In this document: positions 37,655 to 46,961 of the stretch, piece after piece
Layout: the number at the start of each line of letters is the position of its first letter
How positions within the stretch are numbered: position 1 is the stretch's first letter
Assembly (NCBI GenBank): GCA_964439395.1
Contig: CAYTNV010000014.1
Span: 3,980-67,979 of the forward strand
Length of the DNA: 64,000 nucleotides
Origin: an uncultured Blautia sp.
GTDB taxonomy: Bacteria > Bacillota > Clostridia > Lachnospirales > Lachnospiraceae
Direction of reading: 5' to 3'
Notes under the pieces: generated by a model
What the model was told of the DNA's origin: nothing
Databases searched by the model: none
What the model saw: the letters and a program-made list of their open reading frames with translations, nothing else
Made by a program: the position numbers and the translations under genes

Positions 37655-39367
37655 ATGTTTAAAGGAATTGGTGCATCAGCTGGTGTGGGAATCGGAAAGG
37701 TCGTTGTAATCAAAGATCAGGAAGTTAGTATAGTAGAAAAAAAGATTGCTGATGTTGCAGCTGAGAAGGCAAGATTTCAGGAAGCTATTGATAAATTCAT
37801 CGCTAAAACTCAAGCTATGGCAGATGATATGAAAGAGAGATTGGGTGCTAAAGAGGCTGAAATTTTAGAGGGACATCTCTTAATCTCTATGGATCCAGAG
37901 TTTTCTGGACAGGTAGAGGGAATTATTGAGGCTGAACTTTTGAATGCAGAGGCAGCATTAAATCGAGTAGGAGATCAGTTTATCGCAATGTTCTCTTCTA
38001 TTCCAGATGAAATGTTCCAGCAAAGAGCAACAGACGTTGCCGATGTTCGTGCAAGAATTTTGAAAAATTTAGCTGGAATAGAGGAAGTTGATATTAGTGC
38101 ACTTCCAGCAGGTACTATTTTAGTGGCAGAAGATTTGACTCCATCTATGACAGCTGGAATCAATAATCAAAATGTTGTAGGTATTATGACAGAGGTTGGT
38201 GGAAAGACTTCTCACTCTGCTATCTTGGCAAGAGCATTGGAGATTCCTGCTGTTCTTAGTATCGAAGGCGGTATCTTAAATAGAGTAAATGACGGTGATT
38301 TAGTAATTGTTGACGGTAGCGATGGTGATGTAATCGTTGGACCAACAGATGATGAGGTTGCGACATATACAAAGAAACGTAATGATTACTTAGAAGCAAA
38401 AGAAGCTTTGAAGAAATTTATTGGAAAGCCTAGCCAGACATCAGATGGTCATGTTGTTGAGCTTGTTTGTAATATTGGTAAACCAGAGGATGTTACAAAA
38501 GTTATCGAGTGCGATGGCGAGGGTGTTGGATTATTTAGAACAGAATTCTTATTTATGGATCATGACAGTGCTCCAAGTGAGGAAGAGCAGTTTGAGGCAT
38601 ATAAGAAGGTGGCAGAGTCCTTAGAGGGAAAACCAGTTATCATCCGTACATTGGATATCGGTGGTGACAAGGCAGTTCCTTATATGGGGCTTGAGCAGGA
38701 AGAGAACCCATTCTTAGGTTATAGAGCTGTTCGTCTTTGTCTTGACAGAGTAGAAGATTTGTATCGCCCACAGCTTCGTGCATTACTTCGTGCAAGTGCA
38801 TACGGTAATATTAAGATTATGGTTCCACTTGTTACATGTGTAGATGAGCTTAGAGCTGTAAAAGCTTTAGTAGAAGAGATTAAAGCTGAGTTAGATGCAG
38901 AGGGAATCGCATACAATAAAGATATTCCTGTAGGTATTATGATGGAAACTGCAGCTGCAAGTGTTATCGCTGATATCTTAGCAGAGGAGGCAGCGTTCTT
39001 CAGTATTGGAACAAACGACTTAATTGGATATACTATGGCAGTAGACCGTGGAAATGCTAAGGTTGCTTATCTTTACAAACCATTCCAGCCAGCAGTTGTT
39101 CGCTCTATTCAGAGAATTATTGCTGCAGCTAAAAAGACTGGTATCATGGTTGGTATGTGTGGAGAGGTTGCAGCAGATCCATTGATGGTTCCTGTATTAT
39201 TAGGATTTGGACTTGATGAGTTTAGTGTAAGTGCAACATCTGTATTAGCTACAAGAAAAGTTATGTCTGATTGGACAAAAGAAGAGGCTGAGGCATTGGC
39301 AGCTAAGGTTGTTGAGATGAAGACTGCGGATGAGATTTATGAATGCTTAAAGGCAGCTCAGAAATAA
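37655..39367 (+). CDS. ptsI: PTS Enzyme I
   Basis: GGKTSHSAILAR phospho-histidine motif and the C-terminal PEP-utilising domain. Confidence 0.95.
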   Translation: MFKGIGASAGVGIGKVVVIKDQEVSIVEKKIADVAAEKARFQEAIDKFIAKTQAMADDMKERLGAKEAEILEGHLLISMDPEFSGQVEGIIEAELLNAEAALNRVGDQFIAMFSSIPDEMFQQRATDVADVRARILKNLAGIEEVDISALPAGTILVAEDLTPSMTAGINNQNVVGIMTEVGGKTSHSAILARALEIPAVLSIEGGILNRVNDGDLVIVDGSDGDVIVGPTDDEVATYTKKRNDYLEAKEALKKFIGKPSQTSDGHVVELVCNIGKPEDVTKVIECDGEGVGLFRTEFLFMDHDSAPSEEEQFEAYKKVAESLEGKPVIIRTLDIGGDKAVPYMGLEQEENPFLGYRAVRLCLDRVEDLYRPQLRALLRASAYGNIKIMVPLVTCVDELRAVKALVEEIKAELDAEGIAYNKDIPVGIMMETAAASVIADILAEEAAFFSIGTNDLIGYTMAVDRGNAKVAYLYKPFQPAVVRSIQRIIAAAKKTGIMVGMCGEVAADPLMVPVLLGFGLDEFSVSATSVLATRKVMSDWTKEEAEALAAKVVEMKTADEIYECLKAAQK

Positions 39368-39386
39368 TTATTTTTTGAATATATAA

Positions 39387-39424
39387 GAGGTAGTGAGTTT
39401 AAAAACACTGCCTCTTTTCTTTTG
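39387..39424 (+). terminator. Terminator after ptsI
   Basis: GAGGTAGTG / CACTGCCTC (9 bp, one G-U pair), then TTTTCTTTT. Confidence 0.65.
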
Positions 39425-39596
39425 GTCTTTCCTTCCCCATTTCTCTCGAAAATTCCCTTCTAATCTGTATTTTTTGTATAATATATGTCATTTAAATTGT
39501 TTCAAAACCTATGCCTTATGAAACAGCGTAAGCTATTTCATATTAAAAAAGAAAGAGAATTATAGTAAAAGTGGAAAAAGCTTTAGAAAAAGGGAC

Positions 39597-39625
39597 TTGC
39601 GTGATAGAAAATTTTATGCTATATT
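39597..39625 (+). promoter_or_regulatory. Candidate promoter for gatCAB
   Basis: TTGCGT-17-TATATT. Confidence 0.5.
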
Positions 39626-39753
39626 CAAAACAATTTATTAGAAGAATTTTGAGGAGGCCACGAAGCAGTGACAATGTTTCGGGGCAATTTTCTTTTTACA
39701 ATGTAAATTTATGTAAATAAAAGAAAAATAATAGACTTAATAAGGAGGAAAAA

Positions 39754-40047
39754 ATGGCAAATATAATTTCAGATGAGACAATAGAGTACGTTGGTATTTT
39801 GGCAAAGCTTGAGCTTTCAGAGGAAGAAAAGGAACAGGCAAAGCAGGATATGGGAAAAATGTTAGATTATATCGATATGTTAAATGAGTTGAATACAGAG
39901 GGCGTAGAGCCAATGTCTCATATCTTTCCTGTTAATAATGTCTTTCGCGAGGATATTGTGACGAATAAAGATGAGAGCGAGTTGACATTGAAGAATGCGC
40001 CTGAGAAAAAAGATGGGGCATTCCAAGTGCCAAAGACGGTAGAGTAG
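39754..40047 (+). CDS. gatC: Glu/Asp-tRNA amidotransferase subunit C
   Basis: 97 aa, GatC pattern, operon position. Confidence 0.9.
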   Translation: MANIISDETIEYVGILAKLELSEEEKEQAKQDMGKMLDYIDMLNELNTEGVEPMSHIFPVNNVFREDIVTNKDESELTLKNAPEKKDGAFQVPKTVE

Positions 40048-40059
40048 GAGGAATAAAAG

Positions 40060-41532
40060 ATGAATATAATGAGTTTGACTGCTGTGGAGCTGGGAAAAAA
40101 AATTAAGGCGGGAGAGATAACAGTAGTTGAGGCGGCTAAGGCTGCTATTGAGGCAATAGAAAAAAAAGAGGAAAAAATAAATAGTTTTGTGACAGTGGAT
40201 AGAGAGGCTGCACTAGAGCAGGCAAAGAAAGTGCAAAAGTTAATTGACGATGGAAACCTTTCTGGTCCATTGGCAGGTGTTCCAGTGGCAATTAAAGATA
40301 ATATGTGCACAGAAGGGATGCTTACAACTTGTAGTTCTAAAATTTTAGGAAATTATAATCCCACTTATACAGCTACAGCAGTAGAAAATTTAAAAAAGGT
40401 AGGAGCTATTATTATTGGAAAGACAAATATGGATGAGTTTGCGATGGGAAGTACGACAGAGACCTCTGCCTACGGTGTAACGAGAAATCCTTGGAATATA
40501 GGACATGTGCCTGGGGGATCATCAGGAGGTTCGGCGGCGGCAGTTGCGGCGGAAGAATGCACGTATGCATTGGGTTCTGATACAGGTGGATCAATTCGTC
40601 AGCCAAGCTCTTTTTGCGGCGTGGTTGGCATGAAGCCGACTTATGGAACGGTTTCTCGCTATGGTTTGATTGCGTATGGCTCTTCCCTAGACCAGATTGG
40701 TCCTATTGCAAAGGATGTGACAGATTGTGCTACAATCTTGGAGATAATTGCTTCCTATGATAAAAAAGATAGTACTTCAATGAAAAGAGAGAGGTATGAT
40801 TTTACTTCAGCATTAAAAAATGATGTGGCAGGAATGAAAATTGGTATTCCGAAAGATTATTTCGGAGATGGATTAGATAGGGAAGTAAAAAAAGCAATTT
40901 TAGATGTTGCAGGGACTTTAGAGGAAAAAGGTGCTGTCGTAGAGGAGTTTACACTCGGCTTAGTTGAGTATGCAATTCCAGCTTATTATGTTATCGCATC
41001 TGCGGAGGCAAGCTCAAATCTTGCAAGGTTTGACGGAGTAAAATATGGATATAGAACAGAGGAGTATCGCGGTCTCCATAATATGTATAAGAAATCTCGT
41101 TCTGAGGGATTTGGGGCAGAAGTAAAGAGAAGGATTATGCTTGGTTCCTTTGTATTAAGCTCTGGATATTACGATGCTTATTACTTAAAAGCACTTCGCA
41201 CAAAGGCATTAATTAAGGCAGAGTTTGATAAAGCGTTTAAAAAATATGATATTATTTTAGGACCAGCTGCACCGACGACAGCTCCTAAGATTGGAGAAAG
41301 TTTAGCGGATCCAATTCAGATGTATCTAGGAGATATTTATACTGTCTCTGTCAACTTAGCTGGACTTCCGGCAATCTCTCTTCCTTGTGGAACTGATAAA
41401 AACGGTCTTCCAATCGGTGTACAGATGATTGGTGATTGTTTTGAGGAGAGAAAAATTATTCAGGCTGCTTATACGTATGAGCAGACAAGAGATTATGCAA
41501 GATGTGAGATTGCAAAAAGGGGGGACGAGTAA
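40060..41532 (+). CDS. gatA: Glu/Asp-tRNA amidotransferase subunit A
   Basis: Amidase signature GGSSGGSAAAVA. Confidence 0.95.
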   Translation: MNIMSLTAVELGKKIKAGEITVVEAAKAAIEAIEKKEEKINSFVTVDREAALEQAKKVQKLIDDGNLSGPLAGVPVAIKDNMCTEGMLTTCSSKILGNYNPTYTATAVENLKKVGAIIIGKTNMDEFAMGSTTETSAYGVTRNPWNIGHVPGGSSGGSAAAVAAEECTYALGSDTGGSIRQPSSFCGVVGMKPTYGTVSRYGLIAYGSSLDQIGPIAKDVTDCATILEIIASYDKKDSTSMKRERYDFTSALKNDVAGMKIGIPKDYFGDGLDREVKKAILDVAGTLEEKGAVVEEFTLGLVEYAIPAYYVIASAEASSNLARFDGVKYGYRTEEYRGLHNMYKKSRSEGFGAEVKRRIMLGSFVLSSGYYDAYYLKALRTKALIKAEFDKAFKKYDIILGPAAPTTAPKIGESLADPIQMYLGDIYTVSVNLAGLPAISLPCGTDKNGLPIGVQMIGDCFEERKIIQAAYTYEQTRDYARCEIAKRGDE

Positions 41533-41533
41533 G

Positions 41534-42970
41534 ATGAGCAGAGAATATGAGACAGTCATTGGTTTAGAGGTGCATGTGGAGTTAGCCACTAAGACGAAAA
41601 TTTTTTGTGGATGTAGCACAGCATTTGGAGGTGCACCAAATACACATACTTGTCCTGTTTGTACAGGTATGCCAGGGTCTCTTCCAGTTTTGAATAAACA
41701 AGTAGTAGAGTATGCGTTAGCGGTTGGTCTTGCGACGAATTGCTCTATTCATCAATACTGTAAATTTGATAGAAAAAATTATTTTTATCCAGATAATCCT
41801 CAAAACTATCAGATTTCACAGCTTTATCTTCCAATCTGTCACGACGGATATGTCGAGATTGAGGTAGGAGGAGTAAAGAAAAATATTGGAATTCACGAAA
41901 TTCATATGGAAGAAGATGCGGGAAAACTAATTCATGATCCTTGGGATGATTGCTCTTTGGTTGATTTTAATCGAAGTGGCGTTCCGCTGATTGAAATTGT
42001 ATCTGAGCCAGATATGCGTTCGGCAGAAGAAGTTATCGCATATTTGGATAAACTCCGCCTTATTATTCAGTATCTTGGAGCATCTGACTGTAAGTTGCAG
42101 GAAGGCTCTATGCGTGCGGACGTTAATCTTTCTGTGAGAGAAGTAGGAGCAAAGGAGTTTGGCACGAGAACGGAGATGAAAAATCTTAATTCTTTTAAGG
42201 CAATTGCTAGAGCAATCGAGGCAGAGAGAGAGAGACAAATTGATTTGATTGAGGATGGGAAAAAGGTTGTCCAAGAGACTAGAAGATGGGATGATGCGAA
42301 AGAATATTCTTATGCGATGCGCTCCAAGGAAGATGCACAAGACTACCGCTATTTCCCAGAGCCTGATTTAGTACCGATTATGATTAGTGATGAGTGGTTA
42401 CAAAAAATTAAAGATACACAGCCAGAGCTTCGAACTGAAAAACAGGAAAGATATAAAGAGGAATATGGACTTCCGGAATATGATATTGATATTATTACGG
42501 CCTCAAAGCATATGGCGGATATTTTTGAGCAGACAATTGCCATCTGTGGAAAGCCAAAGGAAGTGTCTAACTGGCTCATGGGTGAGACAATGAAGTTATT
42601 GAAAGAACAAGAAATGGATGCGGATCAGATTTCTTTCTCTCCAGCTAATTTAGCTGCCATGATTGGATTGATTGAGAAAGGGGAGTTAAATAGAAGTGTG
42701 GCGAAGGACGTATTTAAAGAAATCTTTATTCATGATATAGATCCAGTTTCTTATATTGAGAAGCATAGTTTGAAGAATGTGTCTGATGAGGGTGCTATTA
42801 AAGCTACGATCGAGGAAATTATTGCGAAAAATCCACAGTCTATTGCAGATTATAAGGCTGGAAAGAAAAAAGCTATGGGCTTTTTAGTTGGTCAGACAAT
42901 GAGGGCGACGAAGGGAAAAGCAGATCCAGCTATGGTAAATAAAATTTTGAGAGAGCTATTGGAAGCATAG
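41534..42970 (+). CDS. gatB: Glu/Asp-tRNA amidotransferase subunit B
   Basis: MSREYETVIGLEVHVEL is a typical GatB N-terminus. The ATG at 41534 directly follows the gatA stop. Confidence 0.95.
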   Translation: MSREYETVIGLEVHVELATKTKIFCGCSTAFGGAPNTHTCPVCTGMPGSLPVLNKQVVEYALAVGLATNCSIHQYCKFDRKNYFYPDNPQNYQISQLYLPICHDGYVEIEVGGVKKNIGIHEIHMEEDAGKLIHDPWDDCSLVDFNRSGVPLIEIVSEPDMRSAEEVIAYLDKLRLIIQYLGASDCKLQEGSMRADVNLSVREVGAKEFGTRTEMKNLNSFKAIARAIEAERERQIDLIEDGKKVVQETRRWDDAKEYSYAMRSKEDAQDYRYFPEPDLVPIMISDEWLQKIKDTQPELRTEKQERYKEEYGLPEYDIDIITASKHMADIFEQTIAICGKPKEVSNWLMGETMKLLKEQEMDADQISFSPANLAAMIGLIEKGELNRSVAKDVFKEIFIHDIDPVSYIEKHSLKNVSDEGAIKATIEEIIAKNPQSIADYKAGKKKAMGFLVGQTMRATKGKADPAMVNKILRELLEA

Positions 42971-43411
42971 TTAAATAATTATATAGAATAATAGACGTTA
43001 TAAAAAAGAAAAAGTATATTTTAAAAACATATTGTATTTTTGAAATTTTAACTGCATATTAATTTTTTGCTGTTTTATTCAAGTATTTTCTATAGTGCTA
43101 TAGTATATATGCAGTAAAAGATAGAATAGATGAAATTTTGAAAGTACTGTTATCGTTTTTTTATATACTTTTTTTCTTTTTGACTGTTTCATGATAGATA
43201 TATTTTTTATGTGATAGTCTTTATCTTTTTATAAAAATAGGGTGACAGATGAAAATATTTATGCTATAATAAAAGAAATTTAATACTTTTGTAAAAAACA
43301 CAATAAAAATGACACAAAAAATTAATATATTATTCATTAGGACGAGAAGAGGAAATTTGAAGTGAATAATAAACAAATGATTCAGAAAGGATAAAGAGGA
43401 GGAAAAAGAAA

Positions 43412-45061
43412 ATGAAACAACGGAAAAAGGGAATACAAATTTTCCTATTGATTTTAATGGCAGTTTCGCTTTGCTTTAGTATATCGACAAAAGCAGAGGC
43501 GGCGAGTGTTTCTAAAGTAAAGTTTTCAAAATCCAGTTATACGATATCACAAGGATCAAAGAAAACATTGACAGTGTCAATTTCACCTTCCAGTGAGAAA
43601 AAAAGAAAGGTAAATTTTAAGTCAAGCAATAGCTCTATTGTTACAGTAAAAAGAAAATCAAATAATACAGTAGAAATTACGGCTAAGAAGACTGGAACAG
43701 CCACTATTACGGCGACAGTAAATGGAACGAAAGTTAAGACAACATGTAAGATTAAGGTACAGAAGCCAAAAGTAGCCACGAAAAAAGTGGCGATTTCTCC
43801 AAGTAGTACAGTTGTATATAAGGGACATACAAAGACATTAAAAGCATCCGTAAGTCCGTCTAATGCTACATATAGAAAAGTAACATGGTCATCGAGCAAT
43901 ACAAAAATTGCTACAGTGAATTCAAAAGGAAAAGTTACTGCGAAGAAAGCAGGAACTGTGACAATTACGGCAGAAGTTAAATCAGCAAATAAAAAGGCAA
44001 CTTGTAAAATTACAGTAAAAAATCCTACAATTCGTTTAACTTCTATAAGTAAGACTGTTTACGTGGATGATACATATACATTGAAGGCGACCGTTGCTCC
44101 ATCTAGTGAGACAGTGACGTGGTCATCAAGTAATACAAAAATTGCCGCAGTAAATTCAAAAGGAAAAGTTACTGCAAAAAAAGCAGGAACAGCGACAATT
44201 ACAGCAAAAATTAAGGGAACGAGCATTAAGAAGACATGTAAGATAACAGTGAAAGAAAAGTCACTTAAATTATCCGATGATAAGATATCGATATATGTAG
44301 GTGACACAAAGACATTAAAGGCAACTTCTACTCCATCTAATGAGAAAATTTTGTGGTCATCAAGTAATACAAAAATTGCTACAGTAAATTCAAGTGGTAA
44401 AGTTACAGCGAAAAAAGCGGGTACGGCAACGATTACAGCAAAGATTAAGGATACCAATATAAAGAAAACATGTGAAGTAGCAGTAAAAAATGTGGAGGCA
44501 AAGAAAGTAATATTATCTGCATCAACAGCCTCTATTTATGTTGGAGAAGCGAGAACATTGACAGCAACTGTCTCTCCGACTAATACGACGAATAAGGAAT
44601 TGACTTGGTCTTCGAGTGATACATCTGTTGCCATAGTTAGTACAGCTGGTAAAGTGACGGGTAAAAAAGCAGGTACGGCAACGATTACAGTCAAGGTTTC
44701 AGGAACAAATATTAAGGATACTTGTAAAGTGACTGTGAAAAATAAGACCGCTACGGCCGCAGAAATTGCGGATAAGTTTTATCATACATGGAAAGGTTCT
44801 CAGTATTCCACTGAAATACAAAATAGAATTACAAAAACATATATGTATATTAATGGTGAGAGTGAGGGAAGCAAATACAAAATTACAAATTCTACTGTAA
44901 ATGCAGATGGCTCTATTTGGATTTATGCGACAATTCAAGATCCAACGCAGTATGGACTATTTAAAATTTCAGCAGACGGAAAGACAATGAAAGTATCGTA
45001 TTCCCATGATAACGGAAAAAATTATTCTAATACAGAGTATAGCTTTACTAAAATAAAATAA
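43412..45061 (+). CDS. Secreted protein with about six Big_2 (bacterial Ig-like) repeats
   Basis: Signal peptide, then repeated modules ...TLKA.VSPSN..VTWSSSNTKIATVNSKGKVTAKKAGTATITAK....KTCKITVK. Confidence 0.85.
   Translation: MKQRKKGIQIFLLILMAVSLCFSISTKAEAASVSKVKFSKSSYTISQGSKKTLTVSISPSSEKKRKVNFKSSNSSIVTVKRKSNNTVEITAKKTGTATITATVNGTKVKTTCKIKVQKPKVATKKVAISPSSTVVYKGHTKTLKASVSPSNATYRKVTWSSSNTKIATVNSKGKVTAKKAGTVTITAEVKSANKKATCKITVKNPTIRLTSISKTVYVDDTYTLKATVAPSSETVTWSSSNTKIAAVNSKGKVTAKKAGTATITAKIKGTSIKKTCKITVKEKSLKLSDDKISIYVGDTKTLKATSTPSNEKILWSSSNTKIATVNSSGKVTAKKAGTATITAKIKDTNIKKTCEVAVKNVEAKKVILSASTASIYVGEARTLTATVSPTNTTNKELTWSSSDTSVAIVSTAGKVTGKKAGTATITVKVSGTNIKDTCKVTVKNKTATAAEIADKFYHTWKGSQYSTEIQNRITKTYMYINGESEGSKYKITNSTVNADGSIWIYATIQDPTQYGLFKISADGKTMKVSYSHDNGKNYSNTEYSFTKIK
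43800..44720 (+). repeat. Intragenic near-identical tandem repeats (about 234-nt period) encoding Big_2 modules
   Basis: The anchor string TCATC(A/G)AG(T/C)AATACAAAAATTGC recurs at 43889, 44123 and 44357, with long stretches of nucleotide identity. Confidence 0.85.
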
Positions 45062-45067
45062 TAAAAG

Positions 45068-45134
45068 AGACTATTGTAAGAAAAATAAGACATTAGTAAA
45101 TATGAAAATTTTCTTACAATAGTCTTTCTTTTAT
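45068..45134 (+). terminator. Terminator after the first Big_2 gene
   Basis: Perfect 17-bp arms AGACTATTGTAAGAAAA / TTTTCTTACAATAGTCT, then TTCTTTTATC. Confidence 0.7.
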
Positions 45135-45433
45135 CTAAAAATCGAGAAAAATTGGAAAATTAATTGAAATAGTATATAGAATATGTTATAATTTACTATG
45201 AGAATTTAGAAAACAGGTGGGCAAGAGTCAATCTATTTTTACTTTTGTCTAAAAATATGTTTTTTATTTCTAGTAGTGTCTGTTTTAAAGATACTGGTGG
45301 GAATGAGCTCATTTTTAACTTAGTATAGGGTAATCAAATTCGTAGAGGGCGAATATGTATGTATTTGATTATGAGGGCTAAGTATAACAGAATCATAGTT
45401 GGCATATGTATGTAAAAAGGAGGAAAGAAGACT

Positions 45434-46309
45434 ATGAAGAGAAGATTATTATCATTGTTTTTGTGCTTTGGAATATTAGCAATATGCTTTATAAGTCCAA
45501 CTGTCACAAAAGCAGATACGATTCAGGCAGCAGTGACAGAGGTTAAGCTTAATAAATCAGTGATGACAATAAAAGCTGGACAATCTTCAATATTAAAAGC
45601 TACCATTTATCCTACTAGTTCTAATTATTTAACTGTTTCATTTGTGGCTAGCAATTCTAATATAAGTTTAAAGAGAAAAACGAATAATTCTGTAACTGTA
45701 ACTGGAAAGAAAGCAGGACAGGCAACAATTACTGCAACTGCGAGAGCAACTGGAAGTAAGGTTAAGGTGACTGCAAAATGTAAAGTTATTGTTAGCAGTG
45801 GAGCAGTTGTTGCTCCAAAGAGCGTTACTATCTCATCTAGCTCTAAGACTGGAGCAAAGACGACATATATTGGAAATACATGTACATTAAAGGCTACAGT
45901 ATCACCTTCTAATGCGACAAATAAGAATATTACTTGGAGTTCCAATAATACTACTATCGCTGTTATAGATTCTAAGGGGAAGGTAAGTGGAAAGACTCCT
46001 GGTGTAGCAACAATTACAGCGACTGTTACAGGGACTAATATTAAGTCCACCTATAAAGTAATAGTGAAAAAGAAAAAACTTCAGATTTATCCTTCATCAC
46101 TTAATTTAGCTGTAGGAGAAAAAGAAAGTATAGTAATAACTAAGGTAGAGCCTAGTAGTTCAAAAATAATTTGGAGAACAAGTAATTCATTAGTTGCTAC
46201 TGTAGATTCTAATGGAAATATAAAAGCAATTAAAAAAGGAAAAGCTACTATTACAGCATCTATATACGGAGCGAATGTACAAAAGAAATGTACGGTTATT
46301 GTGAAGTAA
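45434..46309 (+). CDS. Secreted protein with three Big_2 repeats
   Basis: Signal peptide, Big_2 module pattern. Own promoter TTGAAA-17-TATAAT near 45162-45190 and a 5' UTR of about 230 nt. Confidence 0.85.
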   Translation: MKRRLLSLFLCFGILAICFISPTVTKADTIQAAVTEVKLNKSVMTIKAGQSSILKATIYPTSSNYLTVSFVASNSNISLKRKTNNSVTVTGKKAGQATITATARATGSKVKVTAKCKVIVSSGAVVAPKSVTISSSSKTGAKTTYIGNTCTLKATVSPSNATNKNITWSSNNTTIAVIDSKGKVSGKTPGVATITATVTGTNIKSTYKVIVKKKKLQIYPSSLNLAVGEKESIVITKVEPSSSKIIWRTSNSLVATVDSNGNIKAIKKGKATITASIYGANVQKKCTVIVK

Positions 46310-46378
46310 GAGAAATAAATTAAGAAAAAAAGATGGTTAAATAGCCATCTTTTTTTCTTAATTTATTTCTCTTACTTT
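46303..46378. terminator. 34-bp near-perfect AT-rich inverted repeat spanning the Big_2 stop codon
   Basis: Arms 46303-46336 and 46345-46378 are fully complementary apart from a terminal G-U pair. 8-nt loop TTAAATAG. Confidence 0.6.
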
Positions 46379-46392
46379 AGTGTATTAAGTTT

Positions 46393-46535
46393 TTGATATT
46401 CCCTATGCCTAAAGTCAGGGAATTTTTGCCTATACCTCCACTATATCTTGTCCGAAGGATATCATGTCTTATATGAAGTCCATAAGCTAGATTAGTTTGT
46501 ATGGCGTATGGTGTCTATAGCTTATATCTCCCTAG
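46393..46535. repeat. Copy 1 of an unclassified non-coding element of about 145 nt (orphan copy)
   Basis: Colinear identical blocks shared with 56217-56367: TTGATATTCCC, ATGCCT, CCTCCACT, ATGTCTTA, CTAGATTAG, TTTGTAT, TTATATC. Stops in all frames. Confidence 0.7.
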
Positions 46536-46961
46536 ATAAAACTAGGTGACTTATGTTCGTTACGATAAAAATATATAAGAGGAGCCGGTAGTATTAGGGG
46601 GAAGCTACCGGCATATGAAAAAAATGAAAAAAAGTTTTTATAGTAACCTCTCGATTACTATGGTTAATAGTATAAGTGAAAACTGTGATTGAATTATGAT
46701 AGAAATATGAAGAAAATGTGAAATATCCACAAATTATAGGTCAAAAATTGTATAAATTGTAGATTTTTAATATGATTAACTCAGAAAAAGAGGATATTAT
46801 AAAATATATTTCCCATATAAGATATTGATATCACTGAAATGATTCAGCAATGTATCTTGTTAGAATTTTATATTTTATAACATCCTTTTTTCAATCGATA
46901 TATTTTTATTGGAAATGATAAAATATATATGTTCGTAGTCTGATAATTATTTTCTAGTCAC

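Noticed and set aside
39918-40310. 130-aa antisense ORF spanning the gatC/gatA junction
   Set aside because: It is antisense to two conserved genes and has low-complexity sequence.
41429-41533. 35-codon extension of gatB overlapping the gatA 3' end
   Set aside because: It lies out of frame inside gatA. The conserved GatB N-terminus starts at the ATG at 41534, right after the gatA stop.
43537-44457. Antisense ORFs (120 and 132 aa) inside the first Big_2 gene, and a similar one at 45625-46050
   Set aside because: They are repetitive hydrophobic translations produced by the antisense frame of the Big_2 repeats. They have no independent start signals.
43800-44720. Regularly spaced DNA repeats that could superficially look like a repeat array
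   Set aside because: The period is about 234 nt, and the repeats lie in frame inside a long ORF, where they encode Big_2 domains. This is not a CRISPR or other spacer-repeat architecture.
46615-46692. 25-codon ORF MKKMKKSFYSNLSITMVNSISENCD downstream of a GC-rich hairpin
   Set aside because: The only support is a purine-rich stretch about 12 nt upstream. It has no neighbouring processing or export genes, and the A-rich start is probably the flank of a minus-strand terminator. It is kept only as a note.
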